IMG/VR virus record: IMGVR_UViG_3300028388_005459
Span: 1 to 62,349 of that record
Strand: one strand, 5' to 3'
Length of the DNA stretch: 62,349 nt
DNA from: a virus
Taxonomy: Duplodnaviria > Caudoviricetes
Position 1 is the first letter of the stretch; every line of letters begins with the position of its first letter. Shown piece by piece: positions 19,446 through 27,914 of this stretch. Position numbers and translations under genes: made by a program. The notes below the pieces were generated by a model, which made no database searches, had not been told where the DNA came from, and saw only the letters and a list, made by a program, of their open reading frames with translations.

Positions 19446-20255
19446 TTAAATCGCGTCTCTCAACCGGGTTTCCAGTTGAATGCGTCGATTTTCTGACTGC
19501 ACTTCGTGCGAGATAAATTGGGTGACGAGGTTGAAGAGATTCCACTTGCTGAGTGTGCGCAGTCTCATGTCTTCAATGGTCAGGTTCGAATCGATTTCAA
19601 CCAGATCGCCTAAGCGGGACTCTGCGCGTTGCCCAAACCCAAGCGACCCGACCATTGACTCGTAATCGTCGGGCGTGGCGGCGGTATCTTGCCATTGCCG
19701 CCAAATCCCGAGCTCGTCCTGGAAAAGATCAATAGCGTTGTCGAGATGCCCTCGGAGTTCTTGCGCGTCGAATTCGCCCAAGTGTTTTTTGCGATAGCTC
19801 CCGAATCTTCGCCCGACAACTGCGCCGTTGGAGCAGACGAGACGAAAAGCGCCAAAGACCACGACGGCGGGCCAGCTTGTGTCGTAGCTATTGAAAACAT
19901 GAAGGGAGGGCGCGACAAAGTCCCCCGTCCCAACCTCGTCGATGGCGTCAGGGAAACGAACCCGCAAGGACATTTTCGCGCTGTCAGGGCTTAACCAAAG
20001 CTCATTGTTTTGTCGTCCCCAATCACCGGGAATTGACGAGAAAACATGGTCGATCAAGTCTTCATGGCGGATCAGTTCATATCCAGGAGATACGAAGCTG
20101 TAATGTTGGCCAGAATCGACATTTACAACCGCCCTCCGGTTGATGGGGGCGGCATTCGCGCCTTGCACTTCGTAGCTAATGGGGAGAATGTCGACTTCAG
20201 GGAAACGCGCGCTTTCGAGTGTCTGCGCTCCGGGACGGATATAACGAGTAAACAT
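19446..20255 (-). CDS. DUF932-family protein
   Basis: VSPGYELIRHE, NSYD, RLVCSNG, H. Confidence 0.8.
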   Translation of the reverse strand: MFTRYIRPGAQTLESARFPEVDILPISYEVQGANAAPINRRAVVNVDSGQHYSFVSPGYELIRHEDLIDHVFSSIPGDWGRQNNELWLSPDSAKMSLRVRFPDAIDEVGTGDFVAPSLHVFNSYDTSWPAVVVFGAFRLVCSNGAVVGRRFGSYRKKHLGEFDAQELRGHLDNAIDLFQDELGIWRQWQDTAATPDDYESMVGSLGFGQRAESRLGDLVEIDSNLTIEDMRLRTLSKWNLFNLVTQFISHEVQSENRRIQLETRLRDAI

Positions 20256-20297
20256 GATGAACGACTCCTTTCCTTTGTTTTGTGGGATTTAGAAAGA

Positions 20298-20326
20298 ATA
20301 ATAGCCAAAGCCGGAGAAAATATCAA
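20298..20326 (-). promoter_or_regulatory. promoter TTGATA-17-TATTAT
   Basis: 17-nt spacer ending in TGGC. Confidence 0.7.
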
Positions 20327-20760
20327 ATGCGCGCTTTCGCAGCGCATTCTGGTCCGATGCCTTGCAGGACACTTTCAGGCACGGTCAACAACCGGCCGCA
20401 TCGACAACAGCGCTCAGCGTGGAAAAAATCGACGGTGCTTGGGATCTTTCCTTGTGTCGAGAGATTATACCAGAACCAATTGAATGCGCTCAGCGAAGGC
20501 GCGTCTTTGGAGATTGTTTTGTTGGTGGCTTCAAAAGTGCCATCGCCATTGATAAACCCGAGAGACGTATAGGAATAGTTGTTGTGAGGCCCCGACAACA
20601 CGCCAACAAACCAGGTATTTTGATACACCCGCGCGCGTCTTACTCGATATGTAAGGCGCTTGCTCGTCTTTTTGCTGACCAGAGTAAAATAAGCGTTTCC
20701 AGCCAAGATGAACGTCTTTGGATCAATCTGCGGCGTTATGTCTGGATATAGTGGCTCCAT
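20323..20760 (-). CDS. DUF6011-domain protein
   Basis: CCRCGRLLTVPESVLQGIGPEC. Confidence 0.8.
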   Translation of the reverse strand: MEPLYPDITPQIDPKTFILAGNAYFTLVSKKTSKRLTYRVRRARVYQNTWFVGVLSGPHNNYSYTSLGFINGDGTFEATNKTISKDAPSLSAFNWFWYNLSTQGKIPSTVDFFHAERCCRCGRLLTVPESVLQGIGPECAAKARI

Positions 20761-20941
20761 TTTGTTCCTCTCTTTCTTCGTCTTGCTGCAAGTGCTGCCT
20801 CCATTCCTTGCAGCCACGACATTCGTCTTCCTTCTCGCATCGAGTAAAACAGACAAGCACCTTGACTCGACGCTTGAGGCGAGAGCAAGCGAGATAAACA
20901 TTAGGGATGATTTCGCTCGTCGCTGTTCTTCGTCGGATCAT
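20723..20941 (-). CDS. small Cys-rich protein
   Basis: ATGA overlap with the upstream gene; CxxC motifs. Confidence 0.5.
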   Translation of the reverse strand: MIRRRTATSEIIPNVYLACSRLKRRVKVLVCFTRCEKEDECRGCKEWRQHLQQDEEREEQNGATISRHNAAD

Positions 20942-21381
20942 GAGAACACCACCTTTAGCTCTCGAAACGCGCGCCAGATCGCTTCCCATTTCCACCCCAA
21001 GCGATGCAAATGATGGCCGAGTTTCGTTTTCGTTAGCTCGAAGTCATATGGAAGCGACAATGTTAGCAGCGCGATTTCTCGCGCCTCGTTGCTAAGTTGG
21101 TCGAAAAGGTCGACGAGACGAGTATTGGGATCCTCGCTCGACCATTCGAAGTCGACAGAGAGTGTGTGAGTATGCGCGCGCCAGACATGGTGTTGAAAGT
21201 AGAAAAACAGCCAAGTTTGAAATTTCGCGCCCTTGCTCTCTTTGAATGTCGCTTTCGCCTCGAAAAATGCGAGTTTAGCGCAAGAGAGCGCCTCCTCAAA
21301 CTCGACACCTTTCAAGGCGGCGGTTCGTTTCGCCTCGCGATGAATCAGCCCTCTATAATCCTCATAGTTGATCTCCTTCAT
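20938..21381 (-). CDS. sigma-factor-like protein (region 2)
   Basis: YRGLIHREAKR...EEALS...F(K)ESKGAKFQTW resembles sigma70 region 2. Confidence 0.6.
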   Translation of the reverse strand: MKEINYEDYRGLIHREAKRTAALKGVEFEEALSCAKLAFFEAKATFKESKGAKFQTWLFFYFQHHVWRAHTHTLSVDFEWSSEDPNTRLVDLFDQLSNEAREIALLTLSLPYDFELTKTKLGHHLHRLGWKWEAIWRAFRELKVVFS

Positions 21382-21560
21382 ACGTAAGCTCCTTGTTCGT
21401 GGAGGTTTTGACGTTTTGCGGCAAGCGCCTCGTCTCTGATGATTTGGTGGCGACCTTCGCATATGCAGTAAGGACAGAATATGGCGCCCGAGACGACAAA
21501 GGAATGTCGCGGGTCAATCGCGCGCCCGCATTCTGAGCATATCCAAATGCGTTTCTCCAT
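21378..21560 (-). CDS. small zinc-finger protein
   Basis: CSECG...CPYC; AAGGA RBS. Confidence 0.65.
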   Translation of the reverse strand: MEKRIWICSECGRAIDPRHSFVVSGAIFCPYCICEGRHQIIRDEALAAKRQNLHEQGAYV

Positions 21561-21605
21561 TTCCTTCTCCTATGTATGGGGCGAGACGAGCCCGCCCCCG
21601 ACAGA

Positions 21606-21899
21606 TTATCCGTTGTTGCGGCGCTCGATTTCGTCGTGCAAATCTTGCGGCTCGATCTCGGGCCAATCTTCCTGAGCTACCATTCTGATGGGGTTCTCGT
21701 CAGAGTCGACCTCCCAAATTTCCATGTTTGCCCAAGAAATGTCGATTTCGCCGTGACTATCAACGTGGAGCTCAGCGTCCACGACCGCAGAGAATAAGTG
21801 TGGGCAGACATTTCCTGTCCACAAAATTTCGCGGGTTCCATCGTTACGGCGAGAATTGCCGCTTCGTTCAAAAGCTTGATAGCGTTTGTTTTCGCTCAT
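21606..21899 (-). CDS. acidic early hypothetical protein
   Basis: AAGGAG RBS; flanked by hairpins. Confidence 0.7.
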   Translation of the reverse strand: MSENKRYQAFERSGNSRRNDGTREILWTGNVCPHLFSAVVDAELHVDSHGEIDISWANMEIWEVDSDENPIRMVAQEDWPEIEPQDLHDEIERRNNG

Positions 21900-21951
21900 G
21901 TCAGTCTCTCCTTTCAGAGTGTCGGGGCGGATTCAACCGCCCCGATTAGTG

Positions 21952-22203
21952 TTATTCGTCGTCCTCGTCGTCGCCTTCAGCCGGCAACACGGTAACGATG
22001 TGGTGTGGCTCGTTGTCGGCGTCCGTAAACGCTTCGACGCAGTCACCGCCACCGTCGCCTTGATCGACGACGACATAGCCGGCTTCGCGCGCCTTTTGCT
22101 TCGCGTTTTCGATTCCAACCACGGGTTCGAGCTCCTCGATTTTGGTCATGTAGTCTTCTCCAACCTCGAGAACGTGTACGGAATAGGCTTTTTGATCGGT
22201 CAT
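21952..22203 (-). CDS. highly acidic early protein
   Basis: GGGAG RBS; first gene after the ribozyme. Confidence 0.7.
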   Translation of the reverse strand: MTDQKAYSVHVLEVGEDYMTKIEELEPVVGIENAKQKAREAGYVVVDQGDGGGDCVEAFTDADNEPHHIVTVLPAEGDDEDDE

Positions 22204-22236
22204 TGTTCTTCTCCCTTCTTTTGTGTGGGTTTTGTT

Positions 22237-22298
22237 TGGTCTGTCTCGTCAGTAACGGGCGACCATCTCCGTTAGACCGCAGTGTCTGCGGTTTCGAC
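22237..22298 (-). ncRNA. type II hammerhead ribozyme with pseudoknot
   Basis: GUC-GAAA-[CCGCAG aca CUGCGG]-UC^[UAACGG loop CCGUUA]-CUGACGA-GAC. Loop I UGGUC is complementary to the 3' tail GACCA. Cleavage predicted between 22275 and 22274. Confidence 0.9.
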
Positions 22299-22489
22299 TC
22301 TCATTTCCGCCTTTCGCCTGCTTGGAGGTAGATTATCTCTCATCTACGTGCCCGGCGCGATGGTCCGGGGCTTCTCGCCAGCTCGATCTACGGGCGGGGG
22401 AGGCTTTTGTCGAGAGCGCCTTGCCTTCTCTCTTGCCGGCTCCGGGAAGGTGATTTTATCGCTACCCTCTGACTCCCGTTCCGACCTGG

Positions 22490-22502
22490 TTTTGAAAGAG
22501 CG
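22490..22502 (-). promoter_or_regulatory. boxA-like antitermination element (CGCTCTTTCAAAA)
   Basis: Resembles lambdoid/rrn boxA; about 20 nt after the predicted start of transcription. Confidence 0.55.
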
Positions 22503-22527
22503 TCGATTCGTCGTGAATCTGGTTAAT

Positions 22528-22556
22528 ACTATAACGCCGCTTTCAAGTATTGTCAA
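22528..22556 (-). promoter_or_regulatory. major early promoter TTGACA-17-TATAGT
   Basis: Perfect -35, 5/6 match at -10, 17-nt spacer. Confidence 0.85.
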
Positions 22557-22645
22557 GCGTTTTCAAGCGCTGAACCAAAAAAAATTTTTCCGCTTAAAAT
22601 GCCTTGATTGCTACGAAAATTGGAATCTGGTAAAAATCTGGCAAA

Positions 22646-22673
22646 AAAAATTTCAAAATTTTTTGAAATTTTT
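22646..22673. repeat. 13-bp AT-rich inverted repeat at the strand divergence point
   Basis: AAAAATTTCAAAA-TT-TTTTGAAATTTTT. Confidence 0.75.
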
Positions 22674-22782
22674 CCGATATACTCGCATCCAATACGATGG
22701 CGTAGGCTCGACGATGGCAGAGAGCCAAAGGAGTTTAACCATGTAGTTCTTTAAACCCCGAAGCGATGGAAGAGAACGAAAG

Positions 22783-23034
22783 ATGGTGTTTGAAGTCGAC
22801 AGCGCGTGGCAGAGACTAAGCGAAAACGATAAGGTCTTGATCGAAAGATGGATGAATAGCTCTGTCAAGATAAAAGCCGCTTGCCCCTGGCACAATGTCA
22901 GAGACCGCATTGATTGCGAATCCCTTCCTTGTCGCGAATTGTTCCCCGAAATGATGGAAACAGACTATCGCTGCCCGTGCAATGCGCTTGGCATCGATTC
23001 TGTTATGGGGAGAGTGAGGGAGAAACTGCAATGA
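22783..23034 (+). CDS. Cys-rich hypothetical protein (paralogue of 55662-56009)
   Basis: CPWH...CRELFP...CPCNALG. Confidence 0.7.
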   Translation: MVFEVDSAWQRLSENDKVLIERWMNSSVKIKAACPWHNVRDRIDCESLPCRELFPEMMETDYRCPCNALGIDSVMGRVREKLQ

Positions 23035-23795
23035 TGGGCGAAGCCGCCAACGCCGCCATGAAAGAAAAGAGGGCGAGAGAGCACGCCAAAACCAATACTG
23101 TGGCGGTTGATTTGGTGGATTTCGTCATTGACGCTATTTTTCCCTTTCTATATGACGCGACAGAGATACTGGATATTGGATGCGGAGCAGGCAGAAATAC
23201 GCTGTCAATTGCGCAGAAACTCCCGGATGGCGCCCGAATTCAGGCAATCGATATTTCGCTGGAGGCGATTTATACATTGCAGATGCAGAGCGCCTTCCAA
23301 TTTGCAAACGTAAATGCCGGCGTTATGGACATGGACGAGATCCCGCAGAGCTTTGCCCACAAGCGATACGACGCCATCATCAGCTTATACGCCATCCACT
23401 ATTCGCGAGATATGGCCGATCTACTGAGGCGTTTGCGTAGTCTGCTCTCGCCTGGCGGGGTTGTTTTTATCTGTGGACATGGCGCCGGCACAAATCAAGA
23501 ACTGATTGATATCGCCAATCTGCCCTCAGTGAAGGATTTTTTCCTTCCCTCTCATCGAAAAGCGCTTGAAGACACCTACTCCATCTCGCTCTCTTATCGA
23601 CTCGAAAACAAGGCGCGATTTCGCAAAGCAGACCAGTTTCTGAGTTGGTATCGACACCATGAGCTATTCGACGACGAAGCTTTGCCCTGCATCAAAACCG
23701 CAGTTGAAAAAGAGATCAGGCGGAAAGGGCACTTCGAGCTAACCAAGAATACTCAAGGCGTCGCGCTCATAGCAGAAGGAGAAACAACAAGATGA
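23031..23795 (+). CDS. class I SAM-dependent methyltransferase
   Basis: ILDIGCGAG, AIDIS, YDAI, LSPGG. Confidence 0.88.
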   Translation: MMGEAANAAMKEKRAREHAKTNTVAVDLVDFVIDAIFPFLYDATEILDIGCGAGRNTLSIAQKLPDGARIQAIDISLEAIYTLQMQSAFQFANVNAGVMDMDEIPQSFAHKRYDAIISLYAIHYSRDMADLLRRLRSLLSPGGVVFICGHGAGTNQELIDIANLPSVKDFFLPSHRKALEDTYSISLSYRLENKARFRKADQFLSWYRHHELFDDEALPCIKTAVEKEIRRKGHFELTKNTQGVALIAEGETTR

Positions 23796-23944
23796 TCACC
23801 ATCCAATACCTCTGCCAAACCTGTAGGCGCTATGTCAATACTAAAGAGGAGGGACTTGTTTGCAAAGAGTGTGGAACAGAGATCATCCAGAGGCCAATCA
23901 AGAGTCTCTCAGCGAGTGGAATGCTATTGACGAATATGAACTGA
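23792..23944 (+). CDS. small zinc-ribbon protein (50 aa)
   Basis: ATGA coupling; CQTC...CKECG; translated by hand. Confidence 0.6.
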   Translation: MITIQYLCQTCRRYVNTKEEGLVCKECGTEIIQRPIKSLSASGMLLTNMN

Positions 23945-24055
23945 AGCCAGATTTTTTAAGAAAGAGATGGAAAGCGAAGCAATGGTGGCGAAAAGATTTG
24001 GAAAAGAAATTCGAGAAAGGATGGCTTACATTATAGGTAAGTAAATGGTGACCAG

Positions 24056-24478
24056 ATGGCGAAGATGATAAAGAGACACAAATATACCAAAGCGCAGGTC
24101 AAAAGAGCGATTGACGGGTCCGGTGGGAACAAGGCAGAGATATGCAGAAGGTTAGGGACGACTCGTAAGACGCTGTTGGAGTATTTCGACAAGTTCCCTG
24201 AGCTCCTCGCGTATTTTCAGGAAGAGGAAGAAAAGATAGGCGATTTGTGTGAGTCGGAAATCGTGAAGAAGCTCCGGGAAGGCAACGTCAAGATGCTTAT
24301 CTTCTACGCCAAAACCAAACTGCGCCATCGCGGTTATGTCGAGTTCCGCCAGATCGACGCGAACTTGAGCGAAAACGCCACTCGTCGTCGCGCTGTGGAG
24401 GACTCTGAAAAGGCGGTTGGTGAGGTTGAGGCTGCGAGCGCGTATTTCGAGCTTGTCAAGACAGGGAGCGACTCTTGA
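24056..24478 (+). CDS. terS: putative terminase small subunit
   Basis: N-terminal HTH; IFYAKTKLRHRGYVE; upstream of TerL. Confidence 0.7.
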   Translation: MAKMIKRHKYTKAQVKRAIDGSGGNKAEICRRLGTTRKTLLEYFDKFPELLAYFQEEEEKIGDLCESEIVKKLREGNVKMLIFYAKTKLRHRGYVEFRQIDANLSENATRRRAVEDSEKAVGEVEAASAYFELVKTGSDS

Positions 24479-24678
24479 CCAATGGGCCAGGACATGAACT
24501 CAGTTTGCTGTTAGCGACAGCGGAAACAGGCCTGCGTATCGCTCTTGAACAGTGGGACAAGGAAGCGAGAGAGCTACGAGAGCAGATCGAAAAGCTCAAG
24601 GCGATGAATCGAGAGCTTGAGGCTCAGTTGAGGAATCGAGAGATCGTGGAACAATGGGAATCAAGACGCCAACAGTAA
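24475..24678 (+). CDS. small coiled-coil protein
   Basis: Coupled to the upstream stop; heptad pattern. Confidence 0.5.
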   Translation: MTNGPGHELSLLLATAETGLRIALEQWDKEARELREQIEKLKAMNRELEAQLRNREIVEQWESRRQQ

Positions 24679-26264
24679 TGACAGCGAAGAGCGAGACTCC
24701 GCCTCGCCCAGAGATCGACTGGAAAGATCCAGATTACTCCGAAATCTGGAATTGGAGAGGCGATTTGCTGCGCAAGATGCGCAAGAGCAGAGCAGCGCTT
24801 GACGCGGTCAATGTCTACTACAAACGAAACCCCGTCGATTGGATCAATGACTGGATTAATGCGTATGATCCTCGACGTTCTGCACAAGGGAAGTCGGCGA
24901 CCGTTCCATTCGTGCTTTGGCCGCGACAGGTCGAGCTTGTGCATTGGCTGGTTGGTCTGATTCGGCGCGAAGAGGATGGGCTTATTGAAAAGAGTCGCGA
25001 GGAGGGCGCCTCGTTCCTTTGCTCAGCGCTTGCGCTTCACCACTGGCGCTTTTTCTCGGGCTTCAAGGCTGGGTTTGGGAGTCGTAAAGAATCGCTTGTT
25101 GATCGCAAGGGAGATATGGACTCCATATTTGAGAAGATACGCCATATGCTGACCGGGCTGCCCGAAGAGATGTTGCCAGTAGGGTTTGATCTTGATCGCC
25201 ATGCGAATCACTTGAAGATACGAAACCCGGAGAACGGCTCTTCGATCACGGGAGAGGGTGGCGACAATATCGGGCGTGGCGGTCGAAACACGGTTTACTT
25301 TCTCGACGAGTCAGCTTTTCTGGAGCACTCCCAGCTTGTCGATGCTGCGCTTTCGCAGAATACGAAAGTGAGAATCGACCTTTCGACTCCCAACGGGGTT
25401 GGAAACTCGTTTTACCGCCGACGATTCGAGTTACTACAGCCTCATCAGATATTCGAGCTTGACTGGCGCCACGATCCTCGCAAGAGCAAAGAATGGTATG
25501 AGGCAGAGTGCAAGCGAATCGGAGACCCGATTATTGTGGCGCGGGAACTTGATCGCGACTATGACGCGGGAGCGCAAGGGATCGTCTGTCCGGGCGAGTG
25601 GGTGCGCTCTGCCATCGATTTCGATTTTGCCGCATATGGTCTCAGTCAACCGACGGGCAGAATTGAGGCGGGGCTGGATGTTGCAGATGGAGGCCCAGAC
25701 ACCAACGCTCTCGTTATTCGTCAAGGCCCAAAGATATTATATATCGAAGAGTGGCCAGAAGGAGATACGAGCCAGACGACTCAGCGCGCGCTTAGCGCTT
25801 GCAAGCGATGGGGAGTTGACATTCTGCGCTATGACTCGATTGGTGTTGGCGCGGGCGTCAGAGGGGAACTCAATCGCCTGAAGAAAGCGGGCAGAGTCCC
25901 ATTTAAAGTCGTGGGTGTGAACGTGGGCAAGCTCCCGTCTCTTAGTCTGTTTTTCAGTAAGCCAGCAAGAGAGATTTTCAAGAACGCGAGGGCGGAGCTT
26001 TGGTGGAGACTCAGAGCGCGATTCGAGCACACCCACGCTGTCGCGGAGAAGCGAGAGAAACCAGATATTGAAAGGCTGATTTCGATCCCGGAGGACTTGT
26101 CGCTGGTGGCGGAAATCTCAGCGCCACAATACGATTTTACCAACAATGGACTTATCATAATCGAATCGAAAAAGCATATGCGAGAGCAACGAGGGATCAA
26201 TTCTCCAAACAAGGCAGACGCCGTTTGTCTCGCTTTCGCTCGAACAAACATCATCCGGCTATGA
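24654..26264 (+). CDS. terL: terminase large subunit
   Basis: EKSREEGAS, GRGGR, LDESAF, STPNG, GLDVADGG.D, SPNKADA. Confidence 0.95.
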   Translation: MGIKTPTVMTAKSETPPRPEIDWKDPDYSEIWNWRGDLLRKMRKSRAALDAVNVYYKRNPVDWINDWINAYDPRRSAQGKSATVPFVLWPRQVELVHWLVGLIRREEDGLIEKSREEGASFLCSALALHHWRFFSGFKAGFGSRKESLVDRKGDMDSIFEKIRHMLTGLPEEMLPVGFDLDRHANHLKIRNPENGSSITGEGGDNIGRGGRNTVYFLDESAFLEHSQLVDAALSQNTKVRIDLSTPNGVGNSFYRRRFELLQPHQIFELDWRHDPRKSKEWYEAECKRIGDPIIVARELDRDYDAGAQGIVCPGEWVRSAIDFDFAAYGLSQPTGRIEAGLDVADGGPDTNALVIRQGPKILYIEEWPEGDTSQTTQRALSACKRWGVDILRYDSIGVGAGVRGELNRLKKAGRVPFKVVGVNVGKLPSLSLFFSKPAREIFKNARAELWWRLRARFEHTHAVAEKREKPDIERLISIPEDLSLVAEISAPQYDFTNNGLIIIESKKHMREQRGINSPNKADAVCLAFARTNIIRL

Positions 26265-26275
26265 GGGACTACTAA

Positions 26276-27772
26276 ATGGTCGACGACGACAAGACAAAGC
26301 AAGAGACGAAGCAAGAGACGAAGGTGAACAGATCGATCCCTTCCCATTTCGCCGTGCGCTCGATCACGCGACGAGATTGGGAGAATCGTGGCGGTCTCGC
26401 TTATGGTGATCATCGCGATTTATACGAGACGCTCGGGTGGATAAGAGATCCCTCATATCGAGACTATTACGACATGTTCGAGCGAAACGCTGTTGCGGCT
26501 CGTGTTGTCGAAGCCAAGCCCGACGAGAGTTGGGGCGAGCACCCGCAAGTGGTCGAGGCGGGCGAGAGCGCGGAAGGAAAACAAACAGAATTCGAGACGC
26601 GATGGAACAATATCGTCCTTGACTTGAACGTGTTCGACTACCTCGCCCGTCTCGACACTTTGGCCGGCATCGGGACGTATGGCGTGCTTGTGCTGGGCTT
26701 CAGCGACGCGCAATCAGTGGAGGACTACGCCCAGCCAGTGACAGGCTCGGCGGAGCTGCTGTATCTCGCGGTATATGACGAAGAGCAAGCGAAGATCCAA
26801 ACCTATTTTGACGATTTCACGGACCCGAGATACGGGATGCCGCAGACCTATCAAATCGTGCCTGATCTCCATCATGGACTGTCAGACAACGCGCGCTCTC
26901 AGACTGCCTTTTATGTCCACGCCGACCGGATTCTGCATTTTTCAGACAATAGGCTGACAAGTGACGTATTCGGGACGCCTCGCTTACAGGCAGTATATAA
27001 CGTGCTGATGGGGATCGAATTTATCTATGGCGCAGCGCCTGAAGGATATTGGCGACAAGCGTATCCCGGCCTTATGTTCTCCATCGATCCTCAACTGGCG
27101 ATTGCAGCAGAAGGTGACGACTCGTTGGATATTACCGACTTCCAGGACCATCTTGACAAATATGTCCACGGGATGCAGAGATTCCTGGTTGGGACGGGGA
27201 TCACGCCCGAAACTCTGCAATCTGGTTTGATCGAGCCCGGTGCCTTTATGGACACGATGCTAAAGATGGTATCCGTCGCCACAAGGATTCCGAAACGCAT
27301 TCTTGAGGGGTCTGAGCGCGGCGAGCTTGCGAGTAGTCAAGACGAGCGGGGTTGGCTGTCTTATATCGCGCGGCGTCGCGAAAAGTTCCTTACGCCATTC
27401 TGCATTCGTCGCCTTATTGATCGACTCATCAAATTTCAAGCGCTTCCCACTCCTCCTGAAGGCTATCGAGTCGAGTGGCCGGATCCTTTCGCGCCCTCCG
27501 ACAAAGAGCTTGCGGAAACGGCTAAGATTCGCGCGGAAGCATTGTCCGCCTTCGCAACTTCCGGCGCAGAATTATTTTACAGCACCAGCCGTTTCCTGCG
27601 CGATTTGGGCCTGTCTGAAGACGAGATCGAGGAAGAGCGCGAGCGCGCTGAAGAAATGATTGCGCAGGAAGAGCGCGAAATGGCTGAAGCTGCGCAGAGA
27701 GAGGAAGAGACTGAGGAAGAGACTGAGGAAGAGACTGAGGAAGAGACTGAGGAGGAAGAGGGCGAAGAATGA
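26276..27772 (+). CDS. portal protein (DUF1073-like) with acidic tail
   Basis: Position after TerL; RIPKRILEGSERGELASSQD. Confidence 0.88.
   Translation: MVDDDKTKQETKQETKVNRSIPSHFAVRSITRRDWENRGGLAYGDHRDLYETLGWIRDPSYRDYYDMFERNAVAARVVEAKPDESWGEHPQVVEAGESAEGKQTEFETRWNNIVLDLNVFDYLARLDTLAGIGTYGVLVLGFSDAQSVEDYAQPVTGSAELLYLAVYDEEQAKIQTYFDDFTDPRYGMPQTYQIVPDLHHGLSDNARSQTAFYVHADRILHFSDNRLTSDVFGTPRLQAVYNVLMGIEFIYGAAPEGYWRQAYPGLMFSIDPQLAIAAEGDDSLDITDFQDHLDKYVHGMQRFLVGTGITPETLQSGLIEPGAFMDTMLKMVSVATRIPKRILEGSERGELASSQDERGWLSYIARRREKFLTPFCIRRLIDRLIKFQALPTPPEGYRVEWPDPFAPSDKELAETAKIRAEALSAFATSGAELFYSTSRFLRDLGLSEDEIEEERERAEEMIAQEEREMAEAAQREEETEEETEEETEEETEEEEGEE
27701..27748 (+). repeat. 4 x 12-bp GAGGAAGAGACT (EEET)
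   Basis: Read directly; in the portal C-terminus. Confidence 0.9.
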
Positions 27773-27914
27773 CACTGGATATGTTTTGTATGGAGCTTGG
27801 AGCGCTTTCTCGAGAAATCAAAAAGCTGGAGCGTAAGTGGAGCGTGCGCATTATGCGAGACTCGAGAGGGCGGCTCTCTTATCACCACAAAACGCAAGCG
27901 AAAGAAAAGAGACG

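Noticed and set aside
23031-23795. DNA adenine/cytosine methyltransferase
   Set aside because: Lacks DPPY/NPPY or PC catalytic motifs
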